Shown here piece after piece: positions 20,070-28,490 of a stretch of DNA of 64,000 bases (its first letter is position 1; each line of letters opens with the position of its first letter). The position numbers were made by a program, and so were the translations under genes. Below the pieces are notes generated by a model, which was given only the letters and a program-made list of their open reading frames with translations, was not told the DNA's origin and ran no database searches. This DNA is from Thermoproteota archaeon (GTDB lineage: Archaea > Korarchaeota > Korarchaeia > Korarchaeales > Korarchaeaceae): contig JALSOH010000004.1 in assembly GCA_026986575.1 (NCBI GenBank), forward strand, positions 819,082 to 883,081. The letters run 5' to 3'.

Positions 20070-20780
20070 ATGAAGTACCAGATCTTAGGGGATAATCTCC
20101 AAGTCCTCGTTATAGAACTGTCTCCCGGTGAGAGGATATACGCCGAGGCCGGGGCCCTCAACCACATGTCGGGCAACATCAAGATGGATGTGAAGGCCCG
20201 CGGCGGGTTCATGGCCAGCCTGAAGAGGGCCATAGCTGGAGAAACATTCTTCGTAACGGAGTTCTCCGCCGAAGGAGGGCCAGGAGTCGTGTCCTTCGCT
20301 GGCACAGCCCCTGGTAAGATAGCGGTGCTGGAACTGGATGGCACTAAGGAGTACCTTATCCAGAGGGGCGGCTTTTTGGCAGCTGAGGACGGGGTGGAGG
20401 TCACCGCCGGTATGGCTAGGAAGCTGGGAGCTGCTCTCTTCGGTGGGGAGGGGCTCATAATGGAGAGGGTGCGAGGTGTGGGGAAGGTGTTCATCCACGC
20501 GGCCGGGGACTTCATAGAGTACGATCTGAAGCCAGATCAGGTCCTTAAAGTGGACACCGGGCACTTGGTGGCCTTGGAGGACTCGGTGGACTTCGACATA
20601 GAGAGGGTCGGCGGTGTGAAGTCCATACTGTTCAGTGGGGAGGGCCTCTTCTTCGCGGTGCTGAGGGGCCCGGGCAGGGTGATACTCCAGTCTCTGAACA
20701 TATCTGCCCTAGCTAAGGAGATAGCGAGGCACATACCCCAATCTGGGAATAGGGGATTCACTATAACACTGGGTGATTGA
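20070..20780 (+). CDS. AIM24/TIGR00266 family protein
   Basis: AEAGA, GETFF, FGGEG, VDTGHLVA, GEGLF, GPGRVILQS. Confidence 0.92.
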   Translation: MKYQILGDNLQVLVIELSPGERIYAEAGALNHMSGNIKMDVKARGGFMASLKRAIAGETFFVTEFSAEGGPGVVSFAGTAPGKIAVLELDGTKEYLIQRGGFLAAEDGVEVTAGMARKLGAALFGGEGLIMERVRGVGKVFIHAAGDFIEYDLKPDQVLKVDTGHLVALEDSVDFDIERVGGVKSILFSGEGLFFAVLRGPGRVILQSLNISALAKEIARHIPQSGNRGFTITLGD

Positions 20781-21081
20781 TTTGAGAGGGAGGGACGTTG
20801 CGGCTCTCCTGCTCCTCACCCTAATAGGGCTGCTGGCTGGAGGTATAGTGTTCTGGCTGATCCTCAAATATCTCCCGTTAATCGCTGCCCTCATACTGGC
20901 CATCCTCGTTGCCTTAATAATGTTAGGTGTACTCGTCTCAGTGGTAGGCTTCTTCTCCGCTGCGGTGGGGGCCCTCTACTACGCGGTTGTGAAGAGACCA
21001 AGTACGGGCGGGAGGCCGGTTACCTTGAGGGATGCCAAGAAGCTGGACAAGGAGGAAGGGAAGTTCGAGGAGGCCGAGTGA
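20773..21081 (+). CDS. Small membrane protein
   Basis: Very hydrophobic ORF overlapping the upstream stop. Confidence 0.65.
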   Translation: MIDLRGRDVAALLLLTLIGLLAGGIVFWLILKYLPLIAALILAILVALIMLGVLVSVVGFFSAAVGALYYAVVKRPSTGGRPVTLRDAKKLDKEEGKFEEAE

Positions 21082-21082
21082 A

Positions 21083-21481
21083 TTGAGCCATAGGGAGTCA
21101 GAGAGCCTGAAGAGGAGGCAGGGCGTTCCTAGAGCTAGCTGAGTACAGCCTATCCAGAGGCTTCCACGACATGGCTGTGTTTCACGCCCATCAGGCCATC
21201 GAGTATTCGTCAAGGGGGTACTGCTTGAGGTGGTGGGCACATACCCGAGGACTCACGATCTGATGGAGCTCTTGGGTGACTGGCTCTCCGAGAAGTGCGA
21301 TCTCATATCTAAACTCTTGAATGAGAGGGGTGAGAAGATAGAGCATCTCACAGATGCCTACTTCAGCTCTAGGTACGGTGAAAGGAACTTCAGGCGCGAG
21401 CTAGCCATCTCATTTGTCGAACTGGCTCGGGAGGTGATTAGAGTTGCGAGCCTATGTGAGGAAGAGGATAGAGAGAGCTGA
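21083..21481 (+). CDS. HEPN domain protein, frameshifted near 21121 and 21209
   Basis: Stitched: AFLELAEYSLSRGFHDMAVFHAHQAIEY..KG.LLEVVGTYPRTHDL..AYFSSRY. Confidence 0.8.
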
Positions 21482-21797
21482 AATGGTAAAGAGGTGGAGG
21501 GAGCACGTGAGAGAGATCGCCCGATCAGCGAGGAGAGTCTTGGGAGATGTGGAGATATACGTGTTCGGTAGCGCTGTGGAAGAGAGGCTCACCGCCTCTT
21601 CCGACGTCGATCTGCTCATTGTGTGCGAGAAAGCCCCTAGGGACTTTGAGGAGTACGAGGATCTCAAGGAGAGGATACTGAGGGGAGCTGGCTTGGAAAC
21701 TAGGTCTCCCTTCCAGCTGCACATAGTGGACAGGGACGGAGCTAGGTTCTACTTGGAGAACCTCATGGTGAGGGCTGAGAGGGTCCCTCATCCTTAG
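21444..21797 (+). CDS. Minimal nucleotidyltransferase (MNT)
   Basis: YVFGS..SDVDLLI. Confidence 0.9.
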   Translation: MRAYVRKRIERAEMVKRWREHVREIARSARRVLGDVEIYVFGSAVEERLTASSDVDLLIVCEKAPRDFEEYEDLKERILRGAGLETRSPFQLHIVDRDGARFYLENLMVRAERVPHP

Positions 21798-23004
21798 GAG
21801 TAGACCTGATCCTTTCCGCTAGGGAAACGAGATCATCCGGGCCTAGAGACTCGTCTCCTATGTCAGGCGGCCTCTCAGTCAAGCTGACAAGGTCTGTGTA
21901 GGGTATACCAAGTTCCCTCATCCTCATCACTGATTTCTCAGCCTCTTTCTCAGGTATCGGTCCCAGCTTGATCTCGTATCCAGCTATGACTCTCTTTCTC
22001 CTCAGGAGGATTGCATCCACATCGCCCTCGGGCGACACGTGGTAGGCTAGCCTCGCCCCCTCCCGCCTGGCCAGCATCTCCCCCACCGAAAGCTGGATCT
22101 CCCTACCCAAGACGCTCCTGATCGCATCCTCCTCAGGCGGGTAACCGTCGTTCACCCCGAACTTGGCCTCCATGTAGTAGAGGACTGACAACAGGGGAGA
22201 TCTGTGCCGGTAAAGGTATTTGGTCCTTCCACTCTTCCACAGAGGTATCTTAGTCGCTAATCCCATGGATTCAAGCCTCGAGAGGATTCCGGTGACTGCG
22301 GCAATCCCTCCAGACAGTAATCCCCTGGAGCTTAGGATTCCCGCCATTTCCTTGGCGCTCCAGACCCCCTCCCCCATTAGGAGGAGGATCGAGTCGTAGA
22401 GGGATGTGAGTACCCTCTCCTCCTCGCTGAAGACTTCACCCACAAGTCCTTGAGCGGACATGAAGAGCCCGAATGATCTATCCACCAAGAAGCGGACCGG
22501 GTCCTCTAGGTTAGCGAGCGGTATCACCCAAGGGTCCCTCATGAGAGCGGCCCACACGAAGCCCTCCCTATCCTTCGGCCTGAGATTCGCCAGCATGTCC
22601 GAGTAGGATATTATGTCGAGTCTTAAGGGTTCAACAAGCCCCAGAAGGGGGTTTCTCCTGTCGAACACCTTCCTCACTATCCCCGAGCTAGATCCCGCTA
22701 GGTAGAGTCTTCCGCTCGGGTGTATCTCGGCTAGTCTCTCCCAATGCACATCATCGAGCCTCTGAAACTCGTCTATCACGGCCTTTCCATCAGAGGAGAG
22801 GGTCTCCACGACGAGGCGGATCGCTTCCTCTATGGTCCTCAGTTCCCCGTCCACAAGCGCAGCCCTTGATCTTGTGATCGTCACGTAAGCATCCCATCTC
22901 GTGAGACGACGTAGCAGGAAGGATTTGCCTACCTTCCTCCTGCCGTAGAGGAGGAGCCAGCCCTTCCTCCTCTTTATCTCCTCGCCTTCCCACCTATCTA
23001 TCAC
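21763..23004 (-). CDS. Archaeal ATPase with C-terminal nuclease-like motif
   Basis: GRRKVGKS, VIDEFQ, AGSS, NPLLG, DVD..YEIK. Confidence 0.85.
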   Translation of the reverse strand: MIDRWEGEEIKRRKGWLLLYGRRKVGKSFLLRRLTRWDAYVTITRSRAALVDGELRTIEEAIRLVVETLSSDGKAVIDEFQRLDDVHWERLAEIHPSGRLYLAGSSSGIVRKVFDRRNPLLGLVEPLRLDIISYSDMLANLRPKDREGFVWAALMRDPWVIPLANLEDPVRFLVDRSFGLFMSAQGLVGEVFSEEERVLTSLYDSILLLMGEGVWSAKEMAGILSSRGLLSGGIAAVTGILSRLESMGLATKIPLWKSGRTKYLYRHRSPLLSVLYYMEAKFGVNDGYPPEEDAIRSVLGREIQLSVGEMLARREGARLAYHVSPEGDVDAILLRRKRVIAGYEIKLGPIPEKEAEKSVMRMRELGIPYTDLVSLTERPPDIGDESLGPDDLVSLAERIRSTPKDEGPSQPSP

Positions 23005-23059
23005 TAACAAACATAATATTCCTAATAGAATATTCCCACAAGAATATAAATTGTTCGAA

Positions 23060-24493
23060 TCAGGAGAGGTCCTTTGCCACGTAGAAGGAGCCCCTGATGA
23101 GCTCATACCCCAGCTTCCTGAAGTAGTTCCTCGCCCCCACACCCGATATGACCAGCATCCTCCTCGCATCCAGCTCCTCCACCGCTATTCTCTCAGCCTC
23201 CGACATGAGCCACCTCCCGAACCCCCTGTGCTGGGCCCCCTCTCTAGGCGGCTCTCCCACCGGAACCAGAGGACCGTAAACGTGGATCTCCCTCACTATG
23301 GCCGTCCTCTCATTCACCTCCCAGCGATGGGCTAAGACCGAGGGCTTCCTCAGTCTGAGCACCCCCATCAACGCGTCATTGTCATCCACCAAGGATAGGA
23401 ACACCTCATACCCGCTGCTGGCCTCGTAGTCTATGCGTTCCATCCGGACTGAGTCGTAATCTGGCTCGATTCCCCTAGCCATGGCGTGGCCGACTTCCCT
23501 GTACCTTATCTCGTTTATCCTCTCTCCCCTCTCTTGGAAGTAGTGCTCCACCATTTGCCTGAGGTTCCTCCTCCTCGGTCCAGCCGCTATGTACTCCTCC
23601 GGTATGTCTCTCTGAACGTGTTGAATCCTCACCCACCTAGGAAGGAGCCGGTACACTTTAATCAGGTACTCCAACGTCTCCTCCTCAGTCAGTCCCCTGT
23701 ACTCCCCCTTCCTCCACATCTCGTAGAGAGGAGTACCGGGGAGGACTAGCGTGGGGTATATCTTCAGCATGTCGGGCCTGAAATCAGGATCCTCGAATAT
23801 GAGCCTGAAGGCTTCGACATCTCTGTCCAGATCGCTTCCCGGGAGCCCAGGCATGAGGTGATAGCAGACCTTGTAGCCGGCGTCCTTTAGAATACGGGTA
23901 GACTCTATGACGTCTCGGACGGTATGCCCCCTCCTCACCCTCTCCAGCACGTCGTCGAAGGGGCTCTGCACCCCTATCTCAACCCTAGTAGCGCCTAGGT
24001 AGAGCATCCTGTCGACGTGCTCCTCTTTCGCCCAGTCCGGCCTTGTCTCAATGGTGAGGGCCACGCACCTCGCTTTAGCTGACTCATTCAGGGCATGGGC
24101 CTCCAGCAGGCTATTGGATCTGACCTCATCGCCGGGAAAGGAGTTGAGGGCATCGAAGGCTCTCCTCACGAACCATTCTTGGTAGGAGAAGGGCATGGCC
24201 GTGAAGGTGCCCCCCATCAAGATCATCTCCACCTTAGAGGGGAAGAAGCCGGCCATGAGGTGCTGATGCAGCCTCATCCAAACCTGTTTGAATGGATCGT
24301 AGTTCACCCTAGCCGCCCTCATCACGGTGGGGCTCCTGTCAACATAGCTCTGAGGTGTCTGCCCGCCTCCAGGGCAGTAGATGCATCTGCCGTGTGGGCA
24401 AGGGTACGGCCTAGCCATCACCGGAACTATCGCTACTCCCGAGGCCACCCTGGCTCTCCTGACGGGCCTTAGCTTCAACCCCTCCATAACCAT
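23060..24493 (-). CDS. elp3: tRNA uridine(34) acetyltransferase (radical SAM + KAT)
   Basis: CPHGRCIYCPGG, GGTF, ETRPD, HLMPGLPG, KIYPT, REIHVYG, QHRGFG, ISGVGAR.Y. Confidence 0.97.
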   Translation of the reverse strand: MVMEGLKLRPVRRARVASGVAIVPVMARPYPCPHGRCIYCPGGGQTPQSYVDRSPTVMRAARVNYDPFKQVWMRLHQHLMAGFFPSKVEMILMGGTFTAMPFSYQEWFVRRAFDALNSFPGDEVRSNSLLEAHALNESAKARCVALTIETRPDWAKEEHVDRMLYLGATRVEIGVQSPFDDVLERVRRGHTVRDVIESTRILKDAGYKVCYHLMPGLPGSDLDRDVEAFRLIFEDPDFRPDMLKIYPTLVLPGTPLYEMWRKGEYRGLTEEETLEYLIKVYRLLPRWVRIQHVQRDIPEEYIAAGPRRRNLRQMVEHYFQERGERINEIRYREVGHAMARGIEPDYDSVRMERIDYEASSGYEVFLSLVDDNDALMGVLRLRKPSVLAHRWEVNERTAIVREIHVYGPLVPVGEPPREGAQHRGFGRWLMSEAERIAVEELDARRMLVISGVGARNYFRKLGYELIRGSFYVAKDLS

Positions 24494-24494
24494 T

Positions 24495-25163
24495 TCAGAC
24501 CTTCTCCGCCACCACTACGTGATTTTCAGCGAACCAGCGATATTTAAAGCTCCTTCCGTAGGAGCGGATAATTCTCAGGCCAGCCTCCTCCACTAATGAC
24601 TCGAGCTCCCTCTTGGTGAAGAGGTGATAGTAGCGCTGGTAAACTCGGCCCTTCGTGTGCCACGGGACAGTGAGATCCCCGAACTCTCTCCCCTTCAGGG
24701 GATTAAGCAGCATCCTAGGTATTTTCTTGAAGAAGCGAGGCTGGAAGAGGGCCCATGCTGAGACTATCAGCCTCCCACCCGGCTCGAGCACCCTCTTGAC
24801 CTCTCTCAAGGAGCGCAAGCGGTCCTCTCTAGGCAAGTGATGTATCGTTGCCAAGTATAGGACCGTGCCGAAGGAGGAGTCGCGGAAGGGAAGGGTGGAG
24901 GCATCGCACTGCACCAGATCCCTAACCCTCCTCCTAGCCACCATGAGCATGCCCCAAGAGATGTCGGCGCAAACGACCCTGTACCCTTTACCCTCTAGGT
25001 AGCTCGCGTGCCTCCCGTTACCGCATCCCAAGTCCAGGATGGGATCCCTGTCGACGAGATCCACCTCCGGCCAGGGCCTCCCTCGGGTGTGATCGAACCC
25101 TTCCGCTATCTCGTCATACACCCTCATGACATCGCGCTTCACATTCAGGACGAGCACCCCCAC
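24495..25163 (-). CDS. Trm9/ALKBH8-like tRNA methyltransferase
   Basis: VYDEIA..FDHTR..PW, DLGCGNGR, ATIHHL, VPW, RYYHLF...EL. Confidence 0.82.
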   Translation of the reverse strand: MGVLVLNVKRDVMRVYDEIAEGFDHTRGRPWPEVDLVDRDPILDLGCGNGRHASYLEGKGYRVVCADISWGMLMVARRRVRDLVQCDASTLPFRDSSFGTVLYLATIHHLPREDRLRSLREVKRVLEPGGRLIVSAWALFQPRFFKKIPRMLLNPLKGREFGDLTVPWHTKGRVYQRYYHLFTKRELESLVEEAGLRIIRSYGRSFKYRWFAENHVVVAEKV

Positions 25164-25222
25164 AGCTCTCCAGATCCTTTGTCAACGCTTATCTCCACAC
25201 GTCCGGTTAGATCCCACGGTTA

Positions 25223-25690
25223 TTAGATTGAGTCTAAGAACAAAACCCCCAGCTCCTCCAGCTTGTCGAGTACCGGTTCCATCTCCCTCTCAACCCCTCT
25301 GAACAGCGGGGATCCCCCCATGAGCTCCGCACTGGCTATGACGTAGCAATCCGGTAGGGCTATGCGCAGTTCCTTCTTCAGCTCACCGGCCCTCTTCGCA
25401 GTTTCCTCCGTAATTCTCGCCACAGATATCCTTACCTTTAACCATTCAACGTATTTTAGTGCTTCTTCATTCGGATTAAGGACGGATGAAGCCTCGTAGA
25501 TCCTTGAAGCTACGTACAAGGTCTCGCTTAACGTAATAGGGCTCATAAACAGCCTAACGTTTCCCCCGTCTGCATCACTGAATAGCTTCACGACCTTGTG
25601 CCTGTACGGAGCCCTTTTCACGATGTACTCGACTAGGACACCGGTATCTAACACAATCCTCTCGGGTCTAGCTCTTGGAGATTCTTCCAT
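25223..25690 (-). CDS. vapC: PIN domain toxin
   Basis: VLDTGVL..SET..ALPDCYVIA. Confidence 0.88.
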   Translation of the reverse strand: MEESPRARPERIVLDTGVLVEYIVKRAPYRHKVVKLFSDADGGNVRLFMSPITLSETLYVASRIYEASSVLNPNEEALKYVEWLKVRISVARITEETAKRAGELKKELRIALPDCYVIASAELMGGSPLFRGVEREMEPVLDKLEELGVLFLDSI

Positions 25691-25904
25691 GCTTCCTACC
25701 CTCTAAGGCGTGCTCCTCTCTGAGCAGCTCCTCTATGATCTTCGGATCGACATCCACGACCTTTGGTTTAAGAGGCCTCAGTATGATAATACCATCGCCC
25801 ACTTCGACGAGTACCTCACCCCCTTCCCTGATACCAGCCATCTCTCTCAGTCTCTTAGGTAGAATGATCACCCCCTTCTTCCTAACCTTCAGAACCGATT
25901 TCAT
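25668..25904 (-). CDS. vapB: AbrB/MazE-type antitoxin
   Basis: KVRKKGVIILPK.LRE..GI.EG. Confidence 0.9.
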   Translation of the reverse strand: MKSVLKVRKKGVIILPKRLREMAGIREGGEVLVEVGDGIIILRPLKPKVVDVDPKIIEELLREEHALEGRKHGRISKS

Positions 25905-25906
25905 AG

Positions 25907-25948
25907 GTTCACCTCTGATAATGAGTTTAACTTAATAAAAAGGTGAAC
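25907..25948. promoter_or_regulatory. Inverted repeat upstream of vapB, candidate autorepression operator
   Basis: GTTCACCT (25907) and AGGTGAAC (25941) flank an AT-rich TATA-like core. Confidence 0.45.
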
Positions 25949-26036
25949 TAATAGCCAAAGTGGAACCAATTGAGCTGTGGTGGACCTACCGGATTCGGAT
26001 CGACCTAGCGGCCCTCCTGACGTCGTGGGACCCCAA

Positions 26037-26294
26037 TCAGATGGAGGGAAGTACCTCCTCCAGCCTCTCGTATATGCCCAACCACTCGTATCCCCTGGGA
26101 GTTATCTTATACCTCTTCCTCCCCCCCTCTTGCAGTTCTATCAGCAACCCATACCTGAGAAGCTGGTTCACTATCCTCCTTCCCCTGTCCACTGGAAGGC
26201 CGGCCCTCCTGCATATCTCCGTTACACACATCTCCTCTCTGCAAGCCTCGAGCATCGACTTCACTATATCGTGCCTGCACCTGTTCTTGTACAC
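26037..26294 (-). CDS. Small archaeal winged helix protein (HTH_45-like)
   Basis: RCRHDIVKSMLE..TEI..L...GLL..YKITPRG. Confidence 0.75.
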   Translation of the reverse strand: MYKNRCRHDIVKSMLEACREEMCVTEICRRAGLPVDRGRRIVNQLLRYGLLIELQEGGRKRYKITPRGYEWLGIYERLEEVLPSI

Positions 26295-26639
26295 AATCAA
26301 GGCCGTGATGCTTGGAATAAAAGATTGGGTGCTGGCGTTAGAAGGATTGTACTCACTAATGGGGACTCGTCGGCGCTCTCCAGAACTCCGATGGCTAAGT
26401 GATCTCCCACAGCGGTGACCTCCTATCGTTCTTTCCATCAGAGAACTACCTTAGGGACTGACTGACCCATAGAATTGCCGATCTGAATGGAGAACCCATC
26501 GCCTTCCGGGGATTGAACGGCGGGACCTGCCGATCCGCGTAAGTACTTGGGCTGTGCAACGTTCCCGCCGGTTGCTATAACTCACAATTTGTGAGTTAGA
26601 ATAAAGGGCGGGAGAACCGGAGGGTCTCGGGGTGCGTGC

Positions 26640-27278
26640 ATGCAGGAGATAGACGAGCTCTCCGTGGGTGGATCCGTCAGCCTCAAGGGACCGGTGAAAT
26701 TCGGAGTGGTGAGGGTGAGCGGTTCCTTGAAGATCGAGGGTGACGCTGAAGGTGAGGAAATGAGGATAAGTGGCTCCAGCACGATAGTAGGTAGTGTCAG
26801 AGCTGAGGAGATCAAGGTGGCAGGGAGCATGAAGGTCTCGGGCAGTATAGAGGCATCAGAACTTGAGATCGCCGGTAGTCTGGAGTCGGACGGGGAGATC
26901 AGGGGAGGAGATGTGGAGATCGCCGGTAGCGTGAGGGCAAAGAGGATCACTGGGGATGAGGTTAAGGTTCACGGCTCAGCCAAGGCCGAGGAGATAGCGG
27001 GAAGTGAGATCGAGGTGGGCAAGAGATCCAAGGTGAGGGGACTCATAGTGGGCAGGGAGGTCAGGATCGGCAAGGACGCTGAGGTCCAGGATGTGATCGG
27101 AGGGGAGGTCTACATCGGGAGGGGCGCGGAGGCTAGGACGGTCGAGGGGGTCGAGGTACATGTGGATAGTGGCGCGGAGGTTGAGGTGCTGAGATACGTG
27201 GAAGAAGCCATAGTACACGAGAAGGCATCAGTTGGGAGAATGGATAAGGTAGACAAGCTTTCTAGGGAGCTTCCATGA
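26640..27278 (+). CDS. Polymer-forming/bactofilin-like beta-helix protein
   Basis: Repeated (V/I)xGS units (VSGSLKIEGD, ISGSSTIVGS, VAGSMKVSGS, IAGSLESDGE). Confidence 0.75.
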   Translation: MQEIDELSVGGSVSLKGPVKFGVVRVSGSLKIEGDAEGEEMRISGSSTIVGSVRAEEIKVAGSMKVSGSIEASELEIAGSLESDGEIRGGDVEIAGSVRAKRITGDEVKVHGSAKAEEIAGSEIEVGKRSKVRGLIVGREVRIGKDAEVQDVIGGEVYIGRGAEARTVEGVEVHVDSGAEVEVLRYVEEAIVHEKASVGRMDKVDKLSRELP

Positions 27279-27309
27279 TCTGCACGACCGATCGCCCAAC
27301 GAAATCGAA

Positions 27310-27747
27310 TCAGCCACCTGACCTCTTGAGGAAGTACTCCACGAAGGGTAGCACCACGCCCGGCAGTGTGAAGAACAGGAAGACCTCCATCAGGATGGGA
27401 GAGAGGTCGAGGGTGACGGAGATGGGTCCACCGTAATCGAGGCTCACGCTGACTATACCTCCATCCAAGAAGTACACTACTACCGCGAAGCCGAGTATGG
27501 ACTCGAGTGCTCCGATCAGCGGTGAGTATATGGTCCCCCTCAAGGCCGTCGCGGCCAGCGAGAGGCCCATGAACAGGAATATGAGGCCAGTAAGCTCTCC
27601 CGTCTCTGGAACAATCACTTCGCTCGCTATCTCTCCCAGCAACCTGTTCACCATGAGGGGAATGATCACCGCGAAGAGGAGCCAGTAATACACGCCCCAG
27701 AGGATGCCCTCAGCCAGCACATCCGTAAGCCTCTCCTTCCAGCTCAA
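27310..27747 (-). CDS. Membrane protein
   Basis: About 4 hydrophobic segments; 4-nt overlap with the upstream gene. Confidence 0.7.
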   Translation of the reverse strand: MSWKERLTDVLAEGILWGVYYWLLFAVIIPLMVNRLLGEIASEVIVPETGELTGLIFLFMGLSLAATALRGTIYSPLIGALESILGFAVVVYFLDGGIVSVSLDYGGPISVTLDLSPILMEVFLFFTLPGVVLPFVEYFLKRSGG

Positions 27748-28130
27748 GATCCCACCTCCACCTCCCTGCTGATGGACAGGGGGAAGATTCCTCCTATCTC
27801 GGCGTACAGCTTCATCCTGACCCTCTTCAGATGGGAGGGTAGCTCGTTCACCGGTAGCCTAATGGTCAGGTGGCTCCCCTCCACCATCTCATCAGCCTTG
27901 GCCTCTCTGGACACCTGCTTTGAACCTATCAAGGTGATCTCCAGCCTCACGTTCCTCAGCTTTACCCTCCCACGGTAATCGAAGTCCACCAGTATACTCT
28001 GTCCCTCCTGCCTCAGGTAGACTCCCGAACTGGAGTTCATCAGATCGACAACGAAGGTCACGAGGGGGTAGCTCACTCCCAAGAGGAAGAGCAGGCCCAC
28101 TACGGTGATGGCGGCCTGAAGGCCCCTCAA
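27744..28130 (-). CDS. Membrane-anchored beta-rich hypothetical protein
   Basis: N-terminal TM followed by beta-strand pattern; coupled overlaps. Confidence 0.7.
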   Translation of the reverse strand: MRGLQAAITVVGLLFLLGVSYPLVTFVVDLMNSSSGVYLRQEGQSILVDFDYRGRVKLRNVRLEITLIGSKQVSREAKADEMVEGSHLTIRLPVNELPSHLKRVRMKLYAEIGGIFPLSISREVEVGS

Positions 28131-28423
28131 ATCCCCTCTCCCTCTTCGCTCCTCCGTATCCTCTCCTCTCTGATCAAGGAGACCGCATGCCTCACTAGAG
28201 TGCCCCCAGCGGCTAGCGCTATTCCCAAAAAGGCGACCTTGAATAGGAGCTCGATGAGGAGCCCGCTGCTCTTGGTGAGCGCATCCATTATGTTCTCACC
28301 GGCCACGCGCACCCTGACCTTGGTGTACTCCATCAGGGAGAACACGAATACTATAGAGATCATGACAATGCCTAGAGCCATGAGAAGAGCACCGCTCCTC
28401 CTAGGATCGCTGAGCGCTCCCAT
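28127..28423 (-). CDS. Small 2-TM membrane protein
   Basis: Two hydrophobic helices. Confidence 0.7.
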   Translation of the reverse strand: MGALSDPRRSGALLMALGIVMISIVFVFSLMEYTKVRVRVAGENIMDALTKSSGLLIELLFKVAFLGIALAAGGTLVRHAVSLIREERIRRSEEGEGI

Positions 28424-28490
28424 GCAATCCCCTAACTGCTGAGAGTGAGAGAAAGAAAAATGTGAGGGTGTTCGGGTTGGGCGCCCGCGC

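Noticed and set aside
26495-26545. tRNA-like GTTCAATCCCCGG on the minus strand
   Set aside because: The T-stem does not pair and no acceptor or anticodon stem can be built
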